A stretch of DNA of 64,000 nt. Source: an uncultured Heliobacteriaceae bacterium. GTDB lineage: Bacteria > Acidobacteriota > Blastocatellia > RBC074. Positions 21,119 to 31,581 of this stretch are shown here, in pieces. The number at the start of each line of letters is the position of its first letter. Position 1 is the first letter of the stretch. Both the position numbers and the translations under genes were made by a program. The notes beneath the pieces are model-generated. The model was not told the origin of the DNA, made no database searches, and saw only the letters and a program-made list of their open reading frames with translations. The DNA is taken from assembly GCA_964468345.1 (NCBI GenBank), contig CAYXVZ010000023.1, positions 4,147-68,146 of the forward strand, read 5' to 3'.

Positions 21119-21223
21119 ACGCTTTTTGAAAATTCGCTGCATTCTACACACAAATCCTTGACATGAAGAAACGATCCAACAACACTGCCCCTTCTGAATT
21201 CTCATTATTTTCAAGGAACAAAC

Positions 21224-21994
21224 ATGACGGACGCGAAACGCGCGCCGCGGCTGCTGGCCGCGATGGCACATCCGGACGATGCGGAGATTCTGGTCGGCGG
21301 CACGCTCTTTCAACTCAAGGCGCGCGGCTGGGAGCTGGGCATTCTCACGATGACCAGCGGCGATTGCGGCTCGGCGACGCATACGCGGGAAGAAATTTCG
21401 CGCATTCGATATCAGGAAGCGGAGGAAGCCGCCGCGCTGCTCGGCGCGGACTATCAGTGCGCGGGGATGATGGATATCGAGGTCTTCGCGAATACCAACA
21501 GCGTGCGGCGCGTCGTCGAGGCATTGCGGCGCTTCGCGCCGGATGTGGTGCTGACGCATTCGCCGGTGGATTACATGGTCGATCACGAAGAGACCTCGCG
21601 CATCGTCCGGTCGGCGGTCTTCACGGCGTCGGTTCCGCTCTATCAGACGCACCAGATTGCGCCGGCGACGGCGATGGCGACCACGCCCGCGCTCTATTAC
21701 GCGGATCCGGTCGAAGGGGTCGACGCGATGGGACAGCGCATCCGGCCGCAGTTTTTCGTGAACATCGAAGACACAATGGAACAGAAACTGGCCATGCTGG
21801 CCTGTCATCGTTCGCAGCGGGACTGGCTGCGCGCGCATCACGGCATGGATGAATATCTGGAGCAGGTCCGCCGCTGGGGCGCGCGCTTCGGCGCGGACTG
21901 CGGCGCGGCCTTCGCCGAAGGCTTTCGGCAACATCTGGGGCACGGCTATCCGCATGAGCCGATTCTGCAACGGGCCTTGCCGGTGCTCGACTGA
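21224..21994 (+). CDS. PIG-L/LmbE family deacetylase
   Basis: [31 protein letters not shown]. Confidence 0.9.
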   Translation: MTDAKRAPRLLAAMAHPDDAEILVGGTLFQLKARGWELGILTMTSGDCGSATHTREEISRIRYQEAEEAAALLGADYQCAGMMDIEVFANTNSVRRVVEALRRFAPDVVLTHSPVDYMVDHEETSRIVRSAVFTASVPLYQTHQIAPATAMATTPALYYADPVEGVDAMGQRIRPQFFVNIEDTMEQKLAMLACHRSQRDWLRAHHGMDEYLEQVRRWGARFGADCGAAFAEGFRQHLGHGYPHEPILQRALPVLD

Positions 21995-22004
21995 TCCATT
22001 CAAT

Positions 22005-22059
22005 ACGCGAAGCGTTTGTAGTGCGGCGTCAAACCCGCCGCACTACAAACGCTTCGCGT
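22005..22059. repeat. Perfect 24-bp REP-like hairpin
   Basis: acgcgaagcgtttgtagtgcggcg, 7-nt loop, exact reverse complement. Confidence 0.9.
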
Positions 22060-22108
22060 GTCATACGTTTTATTTGTACTAACATCCCTCTTCTGGAGAC
22101 GACTTCTT

Positions 22109-23146
22109 ATGAGTGACATCAATATTGGCATCGTGGGCCTTGGCTGGGTGGCGGGCGCGCACATTTCGGCGTTCAATAAAATTCCAGGGGCCAAAGTGAC
22201 GGCTGTCTGTTCGCGCCGCGAACTGGATGAAAAGGCGCTGGAACAACAGTACGGCACGCCGCTCAAGGCCTATCGCGATTTCGATGCGATGCTGAAAGAC
22301 CCGTCGATTCACGTGATCGACGTCTGCACGCCGCATCCGCTGCATGCCGAACAGACCATCGCCGCCGCGAAGGCCGGCAAACACCTGATCATCGAAAAGC
22401 CCCTGGCGCTGAAATACGAAGACACGGTTGCCATGAAAAATGCGATCGACGCGGCTGGCGTCAAAACCTGCGTCTGTTTCGAAGTCCGTTTCAGCCAGCA
22501 GGCCAGCGTCATTCGCGCGACAATCGACGAAGGCCTCGTCGGCGCGCTGCATTATGCCGAAGTCGATTATTATCACGGCATCGGCCCGTGGTACGGGCAG
22601 TTCGGCTGGAACATCAAAAAAGACATGGGCGGCAGCAGTCTGCTCACCGCCGGCTGTCACGCGCTCGATTTGCTGTTGATGTTTATGGGCGGCGAAGTCG
22701 AGGAAGTCACAAGTTATAGCAACCGCACGAAAAGCCCGATTTTCGCGCCGTATGAATACGACACGACCTCGGTCACGCTGCTCAAATTCAAGGACGGCCG
22801 CATCGGCAAGGTCGCTTCGGTGACGGATTGCCTGCAGCCGTATTATTTCCACATTCATCTCTGCGGCAGCGAAGGCAGCATCCTCGACAATCGGCTGTAT
22901 TCGGCCAAGCTCAAAGTCACCAAGGACCGCTGGAGCACGCTGGAAACCAACCTGATCGACTCCGGCGACGTCGCGCACCATCCCTACCTGCCGCAATTCC
23001 AGGCCTTCATCGACAGCCTGCAAAAGAACGAAACGATGCCCCTGACGGATTTCAACACCGCCTTCGAATCCCACCGCGTCGTCTTCGCCGCCGATCAGTC
23101 GGCCGCGGAAAAGCGGACGGTGAAGATGTCGGAATTGAAAGTGTAG
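22109..23146 (+). CDS. Gfo/Idh/MocA family oxidoreductase
   Basis: [37 protein letters not shown]. Confidence 0.92.
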   Translation: MSDINIGIVGLGWVAGAHISAFNKIPGAKVTAVCSRRELDEKALEQQYGTPLKAYRDFDAMLKDPSIHVIDVCTPHPLHAEQTIAAAKAGKHLIIEKPLALKYEDTVAMKNAIDAAGVKTCVCFEVRFSQQASVIRATIDEGLVGALHYAEVDYYHGIGPWYGQFGWNIKKDMGGSSLLTAGCHALDLLLMFMGGEVEEVTSYSNRTKSPIFAPYEYDTTSVTLLKFKDGRIGKVASVTDCLQPYYFHIHLCGSEGSILDNRLYSAKLKVTKDRWSTLETNLIDSGDVAHHPYLPQFQAFIDSLQKNETMPLTDFNTAFESHRVVFAADQSAAEKRTVKMSELKV

Positions 23147-23148
23147 GG

Positions 23149-23264
23149 AAGGCAGGGGCGAGAGATTAGGGGCGAGGGGCGAGAAGAAGGAGGCAGCGGC
23201 AGTCGGCAGGAAGCAGGTTCTTTGCCAGCAGGTCTTTTGCTCTTTACACTCGCCACTCGCCACT
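23149..23264. repeat. Left arm of ~116-bp inverted repeat (mosaic of ggggcga and gcaggaggcag families)
   Basis: About 89% identical by manual alignment to the reverse complement of 23644-23760. Confidence 0.85.
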
Positions 23265-23292
23265 GCTTTCTCGCCCCTCGCCCCTTTCTTAT

Positions 23293-23664
23293 ATGAAAAT
23301 TCTCAACTACATCATGGCTGCGATGTTTCTGTTTTCGGTGGTCGTGCAATATAACGATCCCGATCCGCTGGTATGGATGACGATCTATGGCGCGGCGCTC
23401 GCGGTGTGCGTGCTGGAGATTCTCGGGCGGAATCGATGGTATTTCCCCGCGATGGTGGGAGCGATCACGCTGGTCTGGGCCTTGATGCTCGTCTCCCAGG
23501 TGCTCGGCAAAGTGGCCTTCAGCGAACTCTTCGAAGCCTGGGAAATGAAGGACCAGCGCGTCGAAGTCGCCCGCGAAATGGGCGGCCTCTTGATCGTGGC
23601 TTTTTGGATGATGGTTTTGACGGGAATACAGTGGCGAGTGGCGAGGGGCGAGGGGCGAGAGTAA
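23293..23664 (+). CDS. Transmembrane 220 (TMEM220-like) family protein
   Basis: VQYNDPDP.VW..IY, E.AREMGGL.I; four TM helices. Confidence 0.85.
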   Translation: MKILNYIMAAMFLFSVVVQYNDPDPLVWMTIYGAALAVCVLEILGRNRWYFPAMVGAITLVWALMLVSQVLGKVAFSELFEAWEMKDQRVEVAREMGGLLIVAFWMMVLTGIQWRVARGEGRE

Positions 23665-23760
23665 AGGGTAAGAGACCTGCTGGCATCGAATCCTGCTTCC
23701 AGCCGACTGCCGCTGCCTCCTTCTTCTCGCCCCTCGCCCCTAATCCCTCGCCCCTGCCTT
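23644..23760. repeat. Right arm of ~116-bp inverted repeat, overlapping the TMEM220 3' end
   Basis: Reverse complement of 23149-23264; includes the gene's last codons and stop. Confidence 0.85.
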
Positions 23761-23762
23761 TC

Positions 23763-24974
23763 TCAATCCGCCACTTCCGCTTCAATATCATCTTTCCGCA
23801 GCACGTCGAGCAGTTGTTCGACGTGATCGCGGCCGCGGGTTTCGAGGATGAGGTCGATTTCGACGCCGCCGACGTCGAGGTCGGAGAAGGCGCGGTTGTG
23901 GGTGACTTCGAGAATGTTGGCGCCGATGTCGGCGGCGCGCTGGCAAATGCGGGCGAGTTCGCCGGGACGATCGCGGGCGATGACACGGACGCGGACGAGG
24001 CGGCCGTCTTTCGCGAGACCCCGCTCGATGATTTTTGAGAGCAGCGTCGGATCGATGTTGCCGCCGCTGACGATCACGGCGACCGTCTTGCCTTCAATGT
24101 CCGGAATCTTGCCGAACATCAGCGCGGCAAGGCCGACCGCGCCGCCGCCTTCGACGACGGTCTTTTCGATTTCGAGAAGCTTCAAAATCGCGCTGGCGAT
24201 TTCGTCTTCGTTGACGGTGACGATGTCGTCGACATAATGGCGGACGACTTCGCAGGTCCGCTCGCCGGAGCGCTTCACGGCCAGGCCGTCGGCGATCGTC
24301 TGGTGCGCGGGAACTTCGACGGGATGACCGGCTTCGACGGCGCGTTTCATCGAGGGGAAGGCATCGGGCTCAACGCCGATGATGCGGATGTTCGGGCGCG
24401 ATTCTTTCAGGGCTACCGCCACGCCGCTGACCATGCCGCCGCCGCCGATGGGGACGACCACCGCATCGAAGGCCGCTTCTTCTTCCAACAATTCAAGGCC
24501 GATGGTTCCCTGTCCGGCAATGATGGCTTCGTCGTCGAAGGCATGCACAAACGTCAGCCCCCGCTCCGCCGCAAGCTGTTTGGCATGCGCCAGCGCTTCG
24601 TCGTAATTCGCGCCGTGAAGAATGACTTCGCCGCCGAGGTCCCGCGTGTTCGTGACCTTGATCAGCGGCGTCGGGCGCGGCATGACGATGATCGATTGAA
24701 TGCCCAGCCGCGTCGCGTGATAGGCGACGCCCTGCGCGTGGTTGCCTGCACTGGCCGCGATCACGCCGGCCTTCCGCTCCCGTTCGGTCAACTGCAACAG
24801 CTTGTTGAGCGCGCCCCGCTCCTTGAAGCTGCCCGTCATCTGCAGGTTCTCGAGTTTGAAATAGATGCGGCATCCGCACAGCTTGCTCAGCGTCAGCGAT
24901 TGCGGGCATGGGGTGTGATAAATGGCGCGGCCCAACCGGGCGCGCGCGGCTTCGATGTCTTTAAGAGTTACCAT
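23763..24974 (-). CDS. ilvA: Threonine ammonia-lyase with C-terminal ACT domain
   Basis: [45 protein letters not shown] domain (TdcB/IlvA medium form). Confidence 0.92.
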   Translation of the reverse strand: MVTLKDIEAARARLGRAIYHTPCPQSLTLSKLCGCRIYFKLENLQMTGSFKERGALNKLLQLTERERKAGVIAASAGNHAQGVAYHATRLGIQSIIVMPRPTPLIKVTNTRDLGGEVILHGANYDEALAHAKQLAAERGLTFVHAFDDEAIIAGQGTIGLELLEEEAAFDAVVVPIGGGGMVSGVAVALKESRPNIRIIGVEPDAFPSMKRAVEAGHPVEVPAHQTIADGLAVKRSGERTCEVVRHYVDDIVTVNEDEIASAILKLLEIEKTVVEGGGAVGLAALMFGKIPDIEGKTVAVIVSGGNIDPTLLSKIIERGLAKDGRLVRVRVIARDRPGELARICQRAADIGANILEVTHNRAFSDLDVGGVEIDLILETRGRDHVEQLLDVLRKDDIEAEVAD

Positions 24975-25413
24975 GAATGCGCGTTTCCTTGATCAGCGTC
25001 CGTTTGATCAGTTCTCCGTTTTGAAACCAGTGCCAGGTGCGGGCCCGATGATTGCCGTCCGAACTGAGCTGAATCATCTCGTAGAGGTACGTTTCCGGAT
25101 CGGCCTTGTACCGCCAGGTCAGCACCATCGTGTTTTCATCGATCTCCCAGGCATGACCCTGCATACGTTCCGTATCGAACCAGATCTTTCCGTCCCTGAA
25201 CGCGGCCGGAAAATGATGCTCCTCCCGCCGGCCATCCGCCCACAGATAGCGATTGATCTGATGATAATCCGCCGGGGCATCGGGAGGAATCCGGCAGGTC
25301 AGATGCGACTCATGCCGGTCCAGGACGTTCCCCGAGGCATCGACGTGGATATAGGTGCCCTTCCATTCGCCCTCGTGCCGTCGCAGCAAAGGCATCTCTT
25401 CGCGTATTCCCAT
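24961..25413 (-). CDS. DUF3598-like beta-barrel protein
   Basis: [26 protein letters not shown]. Confidence 0.7.
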   Translation of the reverse strand: MGIREEMPLLRRHEGEWKGTYIHVDASGNVLDRHESHLTCRIPPDAPADYHQINRYLWADGRREEHHFPAAFRDGKIWFDTERMQGHAWEIDENTMVLTWRYKADPETYLYEMIQLSSDGNHRARTWHWFQNGELIKRTLIKETRIHGNS

Positions 25414-25432
25414 TGTTTTAGACCTATAGAGA

Positions 25433-25559
25433 AAGTAGGCAGGAGGCAGCGGCAGTCGGCAGGATGAATTGCCACGATCAACCTTCTAACCGACTTGTAT
25501 AATTTCCTGTATTCAACTTCGACTACTTCCTGCCGACTGCCGCTGCCTCCTGCCTACTT
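25433..25559. repeat. Palindromic element with perfect 32-bp arms (GTAG-initiated gcaggaggcag family)
   Basis: 25433-25464 is the exact reverse complement of 25528-25559. Confidence 0.9.
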
Positions 25560-25791
25560 GTGACAGCCGACCGCCGCTTGAATTGTCTCTACCTCGACAG
25601 CAACTTGCAAACAGAGATTTTTCTTTCCGTTCGCGGGAGGGGTATAGTATCTTGCCGAGGTCGGATATCGTGTACGCCCTGTCGCCGGGGCTAAAAAAAA
25701 GAACCAACCGCTTCGCCTGAAGAGACATCGAAGCCGCGCCGGTCCATCAGCCAGACCGGAAACCAGTGGTTCACTCAGCCAAAAGATTCAT

Positions 25792-28700
25792 ATGAAAAAT
25801 CGTGATTTCAGCTTTCTCCTGATCCCGTTCGCCGCGCTGCTTGCAGCCTACCTGCCTTTTTCATCCGGGGGACAACAGACCCCGAACCGGAATCCTCCAA
25901 TCGTCACAGAAAAAGGAGCCGCCGCCGAAGGAACGGCAACCACAGAAAAACAGGCACCGGCCGTTCCGCTGGCGAGCAAGGACAACAACGCTGTCCAACT
26001 GTTGTATCAGTTTTTATACGCGAATCCGGAAGCCTGCCAGGCGGGGACTGGCGATGTTCCGTCAAATGTGCGCGAGATGAAATCGCAGTACGTGCTCGAA
26101 TTCCTGATCGCCACCATGCCCGATCCGCGGGAATCGCGGTTGGATTATCTGTTCGATCGAAATCTAGATGCGGTGCAACGCGCCATCGAATCAGTCGGCT
26201 ATGTGCTGGATCGGTACGATTTTCCGAAGCACTGGCGGAACGAAGCGAACGGGAACGGCGATCGCGGCGGAAAAGAAGATTCCACGGCGGATCAGCCCGG
26301 ATTGATTTTATTTCGCAGCCGGACGCTCGATACGCCGCGCTATTGTCCCCGCGAAAACGATGAAAGCCGGCAAGCGCGCAATCCTTCCGGCCGTCTGCTG
26401 GTATTGTTTATCGTGGGCGAAACGCCGACGGCGGGCATCAATAAAACCGCGCTGAAAAATGCGCTCGATCAAATCACCTTGCTTTCGCTGTGGAACGAGG
26501 GCGCGCCGGAGGAATATGCCTGTCTGCCGCGGCCGGCGCGCGACGGTTGCAAATCTCCGATTCCGGATGTGTGTTGGCCTGATACCGGCGCGCCGCCCGA
26601 CCGTGAGATTCGAATCATGGGACCGACCTTTTCCGGCTCCGAAGATTCGCTGGAACTGGCCCTGCAAAGCTGGCTTGAAGAGAACAAGGGCGCCTTCCTC
26701 TCGCGAGACGACAACCCCACCATGCCGCCCGTGTTTTCCGTCTTATCGGGCAGCGCAACCTCGATCAGTCAGTGCAAGTTCTGCAATCGAATCAAGACCC
26801 ATGGACAGCCTGTCTTTCATTCCACGGTGCCGTCGAGTCAGGTGTCGATCGAAGCCTTCAAGGAAGATCTGGTAAGGAACGATCCGCTCGCCGCCCGCAA
26901 CAAGATCGCCATTTTCAAAGAGACGAATACGGTCTATGGCCAGTCCTCGATGTTTTCTTCCGCCGGCAGAAAACAGGAACAAACGGCGGCGTCAGGGATG
27001 ATGATCGATGGGCAATGGATTTCGAGTGAATCCCCGGCCTGCCCGGATCAAAAGCCGCGCGCGACGATCCGGACGATCGACATTCCCTTTCCCCTTCATA
27101 TCTCGCAGCTGCGCACCGCATCGGAAAAAGCGAAATCGTCCCGAGCGACGCCGGCCCTGGATCTGCGAAGCATCCGCCGGCCGATCCTGCCTCTGTTGAT
27201 GGACGATGAACGGACAACGCAGGATGTCATTCCGCTGTTTTCCCAGTTGGAACCGGCTTCGCTGGAACTGGTCCTCTCGAATCTGCTCAATGAAATGAAT
27301 CGGGAACAGATCCGTTACATCGGCATCGTTTCGACCGACGTCAAAGACTGCATTTTTCTGGTAAGCGAGATTCGCAAACATTGCCCGAATGCGATCGTGT
27401 TTCTATTCTTCGCGGATGTGCTGTACCTGCGCCCCGAGGTCAATCTGGACCTGCAGGGCGCGCTGGTGGTGACGCCGTATTCGCTGTATGGACCGAATCA
27501 ATTCTGGAGCTATCCCATCAGCGGGCAGCAGACGCGGTTTCAATTTTCCACGCATGTTTCGCAGGGAGCCTATAACGCAACCCTCGCCCTGATGGGCAAA
27601 AGCGAGTTGATCGAATACGGCAAGCCCTTCGACAATGTCTTCGTCAATCCGATGCAGGGGCGACTTCCCGATGAAACGCCGCGCAAACCCGCGCTCTGGG
27701 TCAGCGTTGTCGGGCGACAGGGCTTTATGCCGGTGAAGACGCTGGAATACGAGAAACTGCTGGGCGATGGTCCGGCTGTGCTCGACCGGTATCCATTGCC
27801 GATTCCGCGAACCGCAACGCCGCCGCCCGCGCCGATTCTGCATCTGGCGGGCGGCATCAATTCCAAAATGACGACGGCGGTCCTGGTGTTGCTGATCATG
27901 CTCGGGCTGCTGCCGGTGGCGATGCTCGTTCTGCTCATCGCCCGGACCTTTCACCTGCCCATCGATCGAATCGGCCCGTTGCAGCGCCTGCAAAACAGTT
28001 GGCTCGGCGAAATGATCAGCGATGCGGTCATCCCGGATTATTTCCTGCGTCGGCGCGTGTACCTGCTCGCCTGCTGCGCCGGCCTGCTGGTCATTTATCT
28101 TTCGCTGATGTGGGTCTTTCTGCTGCCGCTTCATGTGTTGTGGGATTCGGCCAGAGATGTCTCGGCTTTCGATACGCTCGCGTACTTCCTGTGGCCCGGG
28201 GCGACGTGGAAATCAGAGCGATTGTTGCCGGACGCGGGCAATTCCCTGCTGGTGGCACGCCTTGCCGTCGGCACGGTGATGGCCTTCTCCACATTGGCAA
28301 CACTCTGGCTGTGCGGCAGCGTGACGGAATTGTTTTATAGCCGGACGCGCAAAACTGAGTTGAAAGACGCGCCCGCCAAAGCGTCGGCCAAGCCCCGTTT
28401 CTATCCGTCCGCCGTGGCGGCGTTTTTCCTGGGCCTGGCCACGATCGTCGCGATCGGCACCTTCCTGATGCAAAGCCGCCCCTCGCCGCTGCACGTGTAC
28501 TTTTTCGTTCGCGCGACCGATCTGACCAGCGGCGTTTCTCCGCTGTTGCCGCTGTTGCTGATCGGCCTGGCGGCCTTTTTATGCGCGTTTTGCGCGCTGC
28601 GCCGGTGGAGTCTCGTCGAACGCGCTCATCTGACGAAGCATTGGGAACTGAAATTGAAATGGAACGAGTTTCCGCACACGCAATCGTTTTTGAATTTCGA

Positions 28701-29781
28701 AGGCGCCGGCAATAACGCACAATGTTCCCTGAGCGGCGTCAGCCGCATGGAAACCCGCGTGATGAAGCTGCTGGAAATGCCTTCCTATCGCCTGCCGGCG
28801 TCCTTCCTGGTGCTGGCCATCGTCCTCGGCGCAATGTTGTATGTTTTCTTTTACCGCTATATCCCGAGCATGGAAGGTATGTGGTATGACCGCGCCTTTC
28901 GGCTGGCCTTTTTCATCGTTTCGCTCGGACTCGGCCTGGACTTCCTGCGCTTCGTTTCCATCTGGATGGCGCTGCGCAAGCTGCTGCGAAGGCTGGCGAG
29001 CCATCCGCTGTTTATGCGGCAAATCGGCGAGAAGACAGTTTTCAACGAATTGCCGCAGATCAGCCTGACGTCGCCCGCGCCGAATTACACGCCGCTTTCG
29101 TTGTCGGTCACGCAGGCCGTCAAACTCTGCCGAATGATGGGATCCGCCGCCAAACAGGAAGGCCTGAGCGAACAGGTCGTCTTAGCGGAACAAAACCTGC
29201 AAAAGCTGTTGGAATTCAAAGCCCGGGATCAATGGCAGGAAGTGCAAAAGATGCGATGCGAGGTGCAGGCGCGCCTCGCCGATATTGCCGGAAAAGTCGC
29301 GCTTCTGCTCGAGCCGGGTTGGAGCCTGTCGTCGCCGGGATCCGCTTTCAAGGCCGCAGACCCGGCGTGGATCGCGCAGGCGGAGTTGTTTCTGGCCGGC
29401 CGCGTCTATTCGTTTCTGCAATACCTGTTGGCGCACCTGCAAAATCTGGTCGTTTTTGTCACGACGGGCATGTTGCTGGTGCTGCTTTCGATCACGTCCT
29501 ATCCCTTCCAACCGCGCGATCTGATGCTGCTTTTCGGCTGGTTGCTGATCCTGCTCGTGGTCGCGGCGACGCTGGTCGTCTTCACGCAGATGGATCGCGA
29601 CAAGGTGCTCAGCCTGCTCTCAGGCGGCGATCCGGGCAAGCTGAACTGGAACCGGGAATACATCTGGCGCGTCCTGATTCACGGCGTGGTCCCCATCCTG
29701 GCCCTGCTCAGTGCGCAGTTTCCCGAAGCCTTGCAACAGATCGCCACCTGGGTCAGCGCGTTGCAGGGCGGCGGACGGTAA
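25792..29781 (+). CDS. Large uncharacterised membrane protein (extracytoplasmic domain plus multi-TM C-terminal half)
   Basis: 1329-aa ORF; N-terminal signal/TM; ~650-aa soluble region; about 10 or more hydrophobic helices. Confidence 0.8.
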   Translation: MKNRDFSFLLIPFAALLAAYLPFSSGGQQTPNRNPPIVTEKGAAAEGTATTEKQAPAVPLASKDNNAVQLLYQFLYANPEACQAGTGDVPSNVREMKSQYVLEFLIATMPDPRESRLDYLFDRNLDAVQRAIESVGYVLDRYDFPKHWRNEANGNGDRGGKEDSTADQPGLILFRSRTLDTPRYCPRENDESRQARNPSGRLLVLFIVGETPTAGINKTALKNALDQITLLSLWNEGAPEEYACLPRPARDGCKSPIPDVCWPDTGAPPDREIRIMGPTFSGSEDSLELALQSWLEENKGAFLSRDDNPTMPPVFSVLSGSATSISQCKFCNRIKTHGQPVFHSTVPSSQVSIEAFKEDLVRNDPLAARNKIAIFKETNTVYGQSSMFSSAGRKQEQTAASGMMIDGQWISSESPACPDQKPRATIRTIDIPFPLHISQLRTASEKAKSSRATPALDLRSIRRPILPLLMDDERTTQDVIPLFSQLEPASLELVLSNLLNEMNREQIRYIGIVSTDVKDCIFLVSEIRKHCPNAIVFLFFADVLYLRPEVNLDLQGALVVTPYSLYGPNQFWSYPISGQQTRFQFSTHVSQGAYNATLALMGKSELIEYGKPFDNVFVNPMQGRLPDETPRKPALWVSVVGRQGFMPVKTLEYEKLLGDGPAVLDRYPLPIPRTATPPPAPILHLAGGINSKMTTAVLVLLIMLGLLPVAMLVLLIARTFHLPIDRIGPLQRLQNSWLGEMISDAVIPDYFLRRRVYLLACCAGLLVIYLSLMWVFLLPLHVLWDSARDVSAFDTLAYFLWPGATWKSERLLPDAGNSLLVARLAVGTVMAFSTLATLWLCGSVTELFYSRTRKTELKDAPAKASAKPRFYPSAVAAFFLGLATIVAIGTFLMQSRPSPLHVYFFVRATDLTSGVSPLLPLLLIGLAAFLCAFCALRRWSLVERAHLTKHWELKLKWNEFPHTQSFLNFEGAGNNAQCSLSGVSRMETRVMKLLEMPSYRLPASFLVLAIVLGAMLYVFFYRYIPSMEGMWYDRAFRLAFFIVSLGLGLDFLRFVSIWMALRKLLRRLASHPLFMRQIGEKTVFNELPQISLTSPAPNYTPLSLSVTQAVKLCRMMGSAAKQEGLSEQVVLAEQNLQKLLEFKARDQWQEVQKMRCEVQARLADIAGKVALLLEPGWSLSSPGSAFKAADPAWIAQAELFLAGRVYSFLQYLLAHLQNLVVFVTTGMLLVLLSITSYPFQPRDLMLLFGWLLILLVVAATLVVFTQMDRDKVLSLLSGGDPGKLNWNREYIWRVLIHGVVPILALLSAQFPEALQQIATWVSALQGGGR

Positions 29782-29789
29782 AGCTGAAG

Positions 29790-29998
29790 AAATCAAAAGG
29801 CGAAAGCCCAGGCCAGCGCTAGAAGCACTGGCCTGGTAGCCCTTCGGGAAAGCCCCGTGAAACGGGGCTAAGGATCGATTGGCGCGGGAGCCCAGCGCTA
29901 AAAGCACTGGGCTAGTAGCCCTTCGGGAAAGCTCCCTGGAACACGGGCAGTCTCAAATCGCAGTCGGTGTCTCGTTGTAGAAATTTGCCTTTTGATTT
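29790..29998. repeat. Tandem REP-like doublet enclosed by a 12-bp inverted repeat
   Basis: Units ~29808-29869 and ~29888-29948; outer aaatcaaaaggc/gccttttgattt. Confidence 0.75.
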
Positions 29999-30000
29999 TT

Positions 30001-31581
30001 TCAGTACCGATATTTCATCCGCGCCGCCATTTGCGTCAGCGTGCGCGCGAGGGAGCGGGCTTCTTCGAGAGGAAGGTTTTCGATGCGGGGGCCGCCTTCG
30101 GTATAGGCCTGGCCGGCCGTGTCGATGCGCAGCGAAGCGAGGCCGAGGCGGCGATCGAAGGGCGTTTGTTGCAGGCTCACGGCCTGCACCTTGCTGAGCG
30201 GAACGATGTGCGTCGAGCGGCCGAGCCAGCCGCGGCGCGTCTGAAAATAGCGGCCGCTGAGCGCATAGCCCAACCGCCTATAGCTGGCGACATTCATCCA
30301 CCAGACAAAAGGCAGAAGCGCTAGCGGCCAGACGGCGTGCAGGTTATGCCGGAAGAAAAAGAGGCCAACAGAGGCGAGCAGGCACAGCACGATCCAGGGC
30401 ACGATTCCGCGCCGAATCGCCAGCGGCGAAACCTGCCGCCATTCGGCTTGCTCTTCGTGAAAATCCGGCAGCAGTTCGGGCAGCAGGCTCGCAACGTCGC
30501 GCGTGCGAACGATCGGCAACAACACATCGCGGCCTTTATTGTCGTCTTCATTGTCGCGCTTCGCGCCGGCCGTGTCTGCGCGAAGCGTAGCGAGGCCGAA
30601 CAGACGGCGAAAGAGTTTCTCTTCGATTTCCAGCACCTGAATCCGGCGTCGCGGCAGGCTGCTGGCGCGTGTCGTCAACAAACCGTAGCGGCGTCTGAGA
30701 TCTTCGCCGCGCGATGAAATCGTGAATCCATAAAACAGCACGATGCTGCCGATCACAGAGAAAAACGAGCCGATGACGAAGACGGCGATCAAACCGCCGA
30801 TGACAACCAGAAACGCATATCTCGCCCCATACCCAAAAAAGCGGTCGGCATTTTTATAGAGATAATTCGCGGCGGTTTTATAGATTGTGTCGGGCAGCAG
30901 GTCATCCGCGAAATTCAAAGCGGCGCCGGCAAGAGCGAGCGCGGAGAGAAGGTGATTTGTCGTAATGCCGGCGAGCACCAGATCCATCCAGCTCAACCGG
31001 CGGATAACGCGGTCTTCAGGCTCGGCGACTTCTGACGAATCGACGCGCCCTCTGCCCATGGCGCCCGCGCGCACGGCGGTTCGCAAGCGATCGGCTTCGG
31101 CTCGCGACAGGACCGAAAGCTTCGCCTCCACGTCTTCGCCGCCGCCGGTTTCCACCGTGGCATCGACCACATCGAACAGGCGATGCACGATGCCCTGCTC
31201 GATTCGAATCTCCTGCACCCGTTCGAGGGGAATGCTGCGATGGCGGCGCTCGATCAGGCCGGACTCGATAATGAGCTCGCCTTTTTCGATGCGATAGCTG
31301 AAGGAAAAATACCGGATGAGCGCCGTGGCGATGGTGCTCAGCGAGGCAATGGCGATCACGACCCAGCCATAACCGCGGCCGCCGACCACCGCGACTGTTC
31401 CCACCGGAACCAGGCCCCGCGCCGCGCGCAAAAATGCGAAGACCAGCGTCAACGGATGCAACCGGCCGCGAAAGATTTCCTCCACCGTCGATGCTGTCGA
31501 TTCCGGCAGGCTTTCGGGAAGACTGGGCGGAAGATCGGGCGCGGGCTCAAGGTCAGACGGCATCGTCGCCTCCGATTTCAA
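30001..31581 (-). CDS. YdbT-like membrane protein with bacterial PH domains
   Basis: RLHPLTL, SIPLERVQEIRIEQ, GLATLRADTAG, IVPLSKVQAV.L.QTPFDRRLGLASL.IDTAG. Confidence 0.88.
   Translation of the reverse strand: MKSEATMPSDLEPAPDLPPSLPESLPESTASTVEEIFRGRLHPLTLVFAFLRAARGLVPVGTVAVVGGRGYGWVVIAIASLSTIATALIRYFSFSYRIEKGELIIESGLIERRHRSIPLERVQEIRIEQGIVHRLFDVVDATVETGGGEDVEAKLSVLSRAEADRLRTAVRAGAMGRGRVDSSEVAEPEDRVIRRLSWMDLVLAGITTNHLLSALALAGAALNFADDLLPDTIYKTAANYLYKNADRFFGYGARYAFLVVIGGLIAVFVIGSFFSVIGSIVLFYGFTISSRGEDLRRRYGLLTTRASSLPRRRIQVLEIEEKLFRRLFGLATLRADTAGAKRDNEDDNKGRDVLLPIVRTRDVASLLPELLPDFHEEQAEWRQVSPLAIRRGIVPWIVLCLLASVGLFFFRHNLHAVWPLALLPFVWWMNVASYRRLGYALSGRYFQTRRGWLGRSTHIVPLSKVQAVSLQQTPFDRRLGLASLRIDTAGQAYTEGGPRIENLPLEEARSLARTLTQMAARMKYRY

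Noticed and set aside
20942-22003. 5' extension making the BNR/VPS10 ORF 1399 aa
   Set aside because: It is antisense to the well-supported PIG-L gene and crosses a repeat. The real start is the GTG at 20941, which has an SD and a signal peptide.
25684-25702. A8 run upstream of the large membrane protein as a phase-variation tract
   Set aside because: It is non-coding, about 90 nt before the ATG, and there is no evidence linking it to a promoter spacer.
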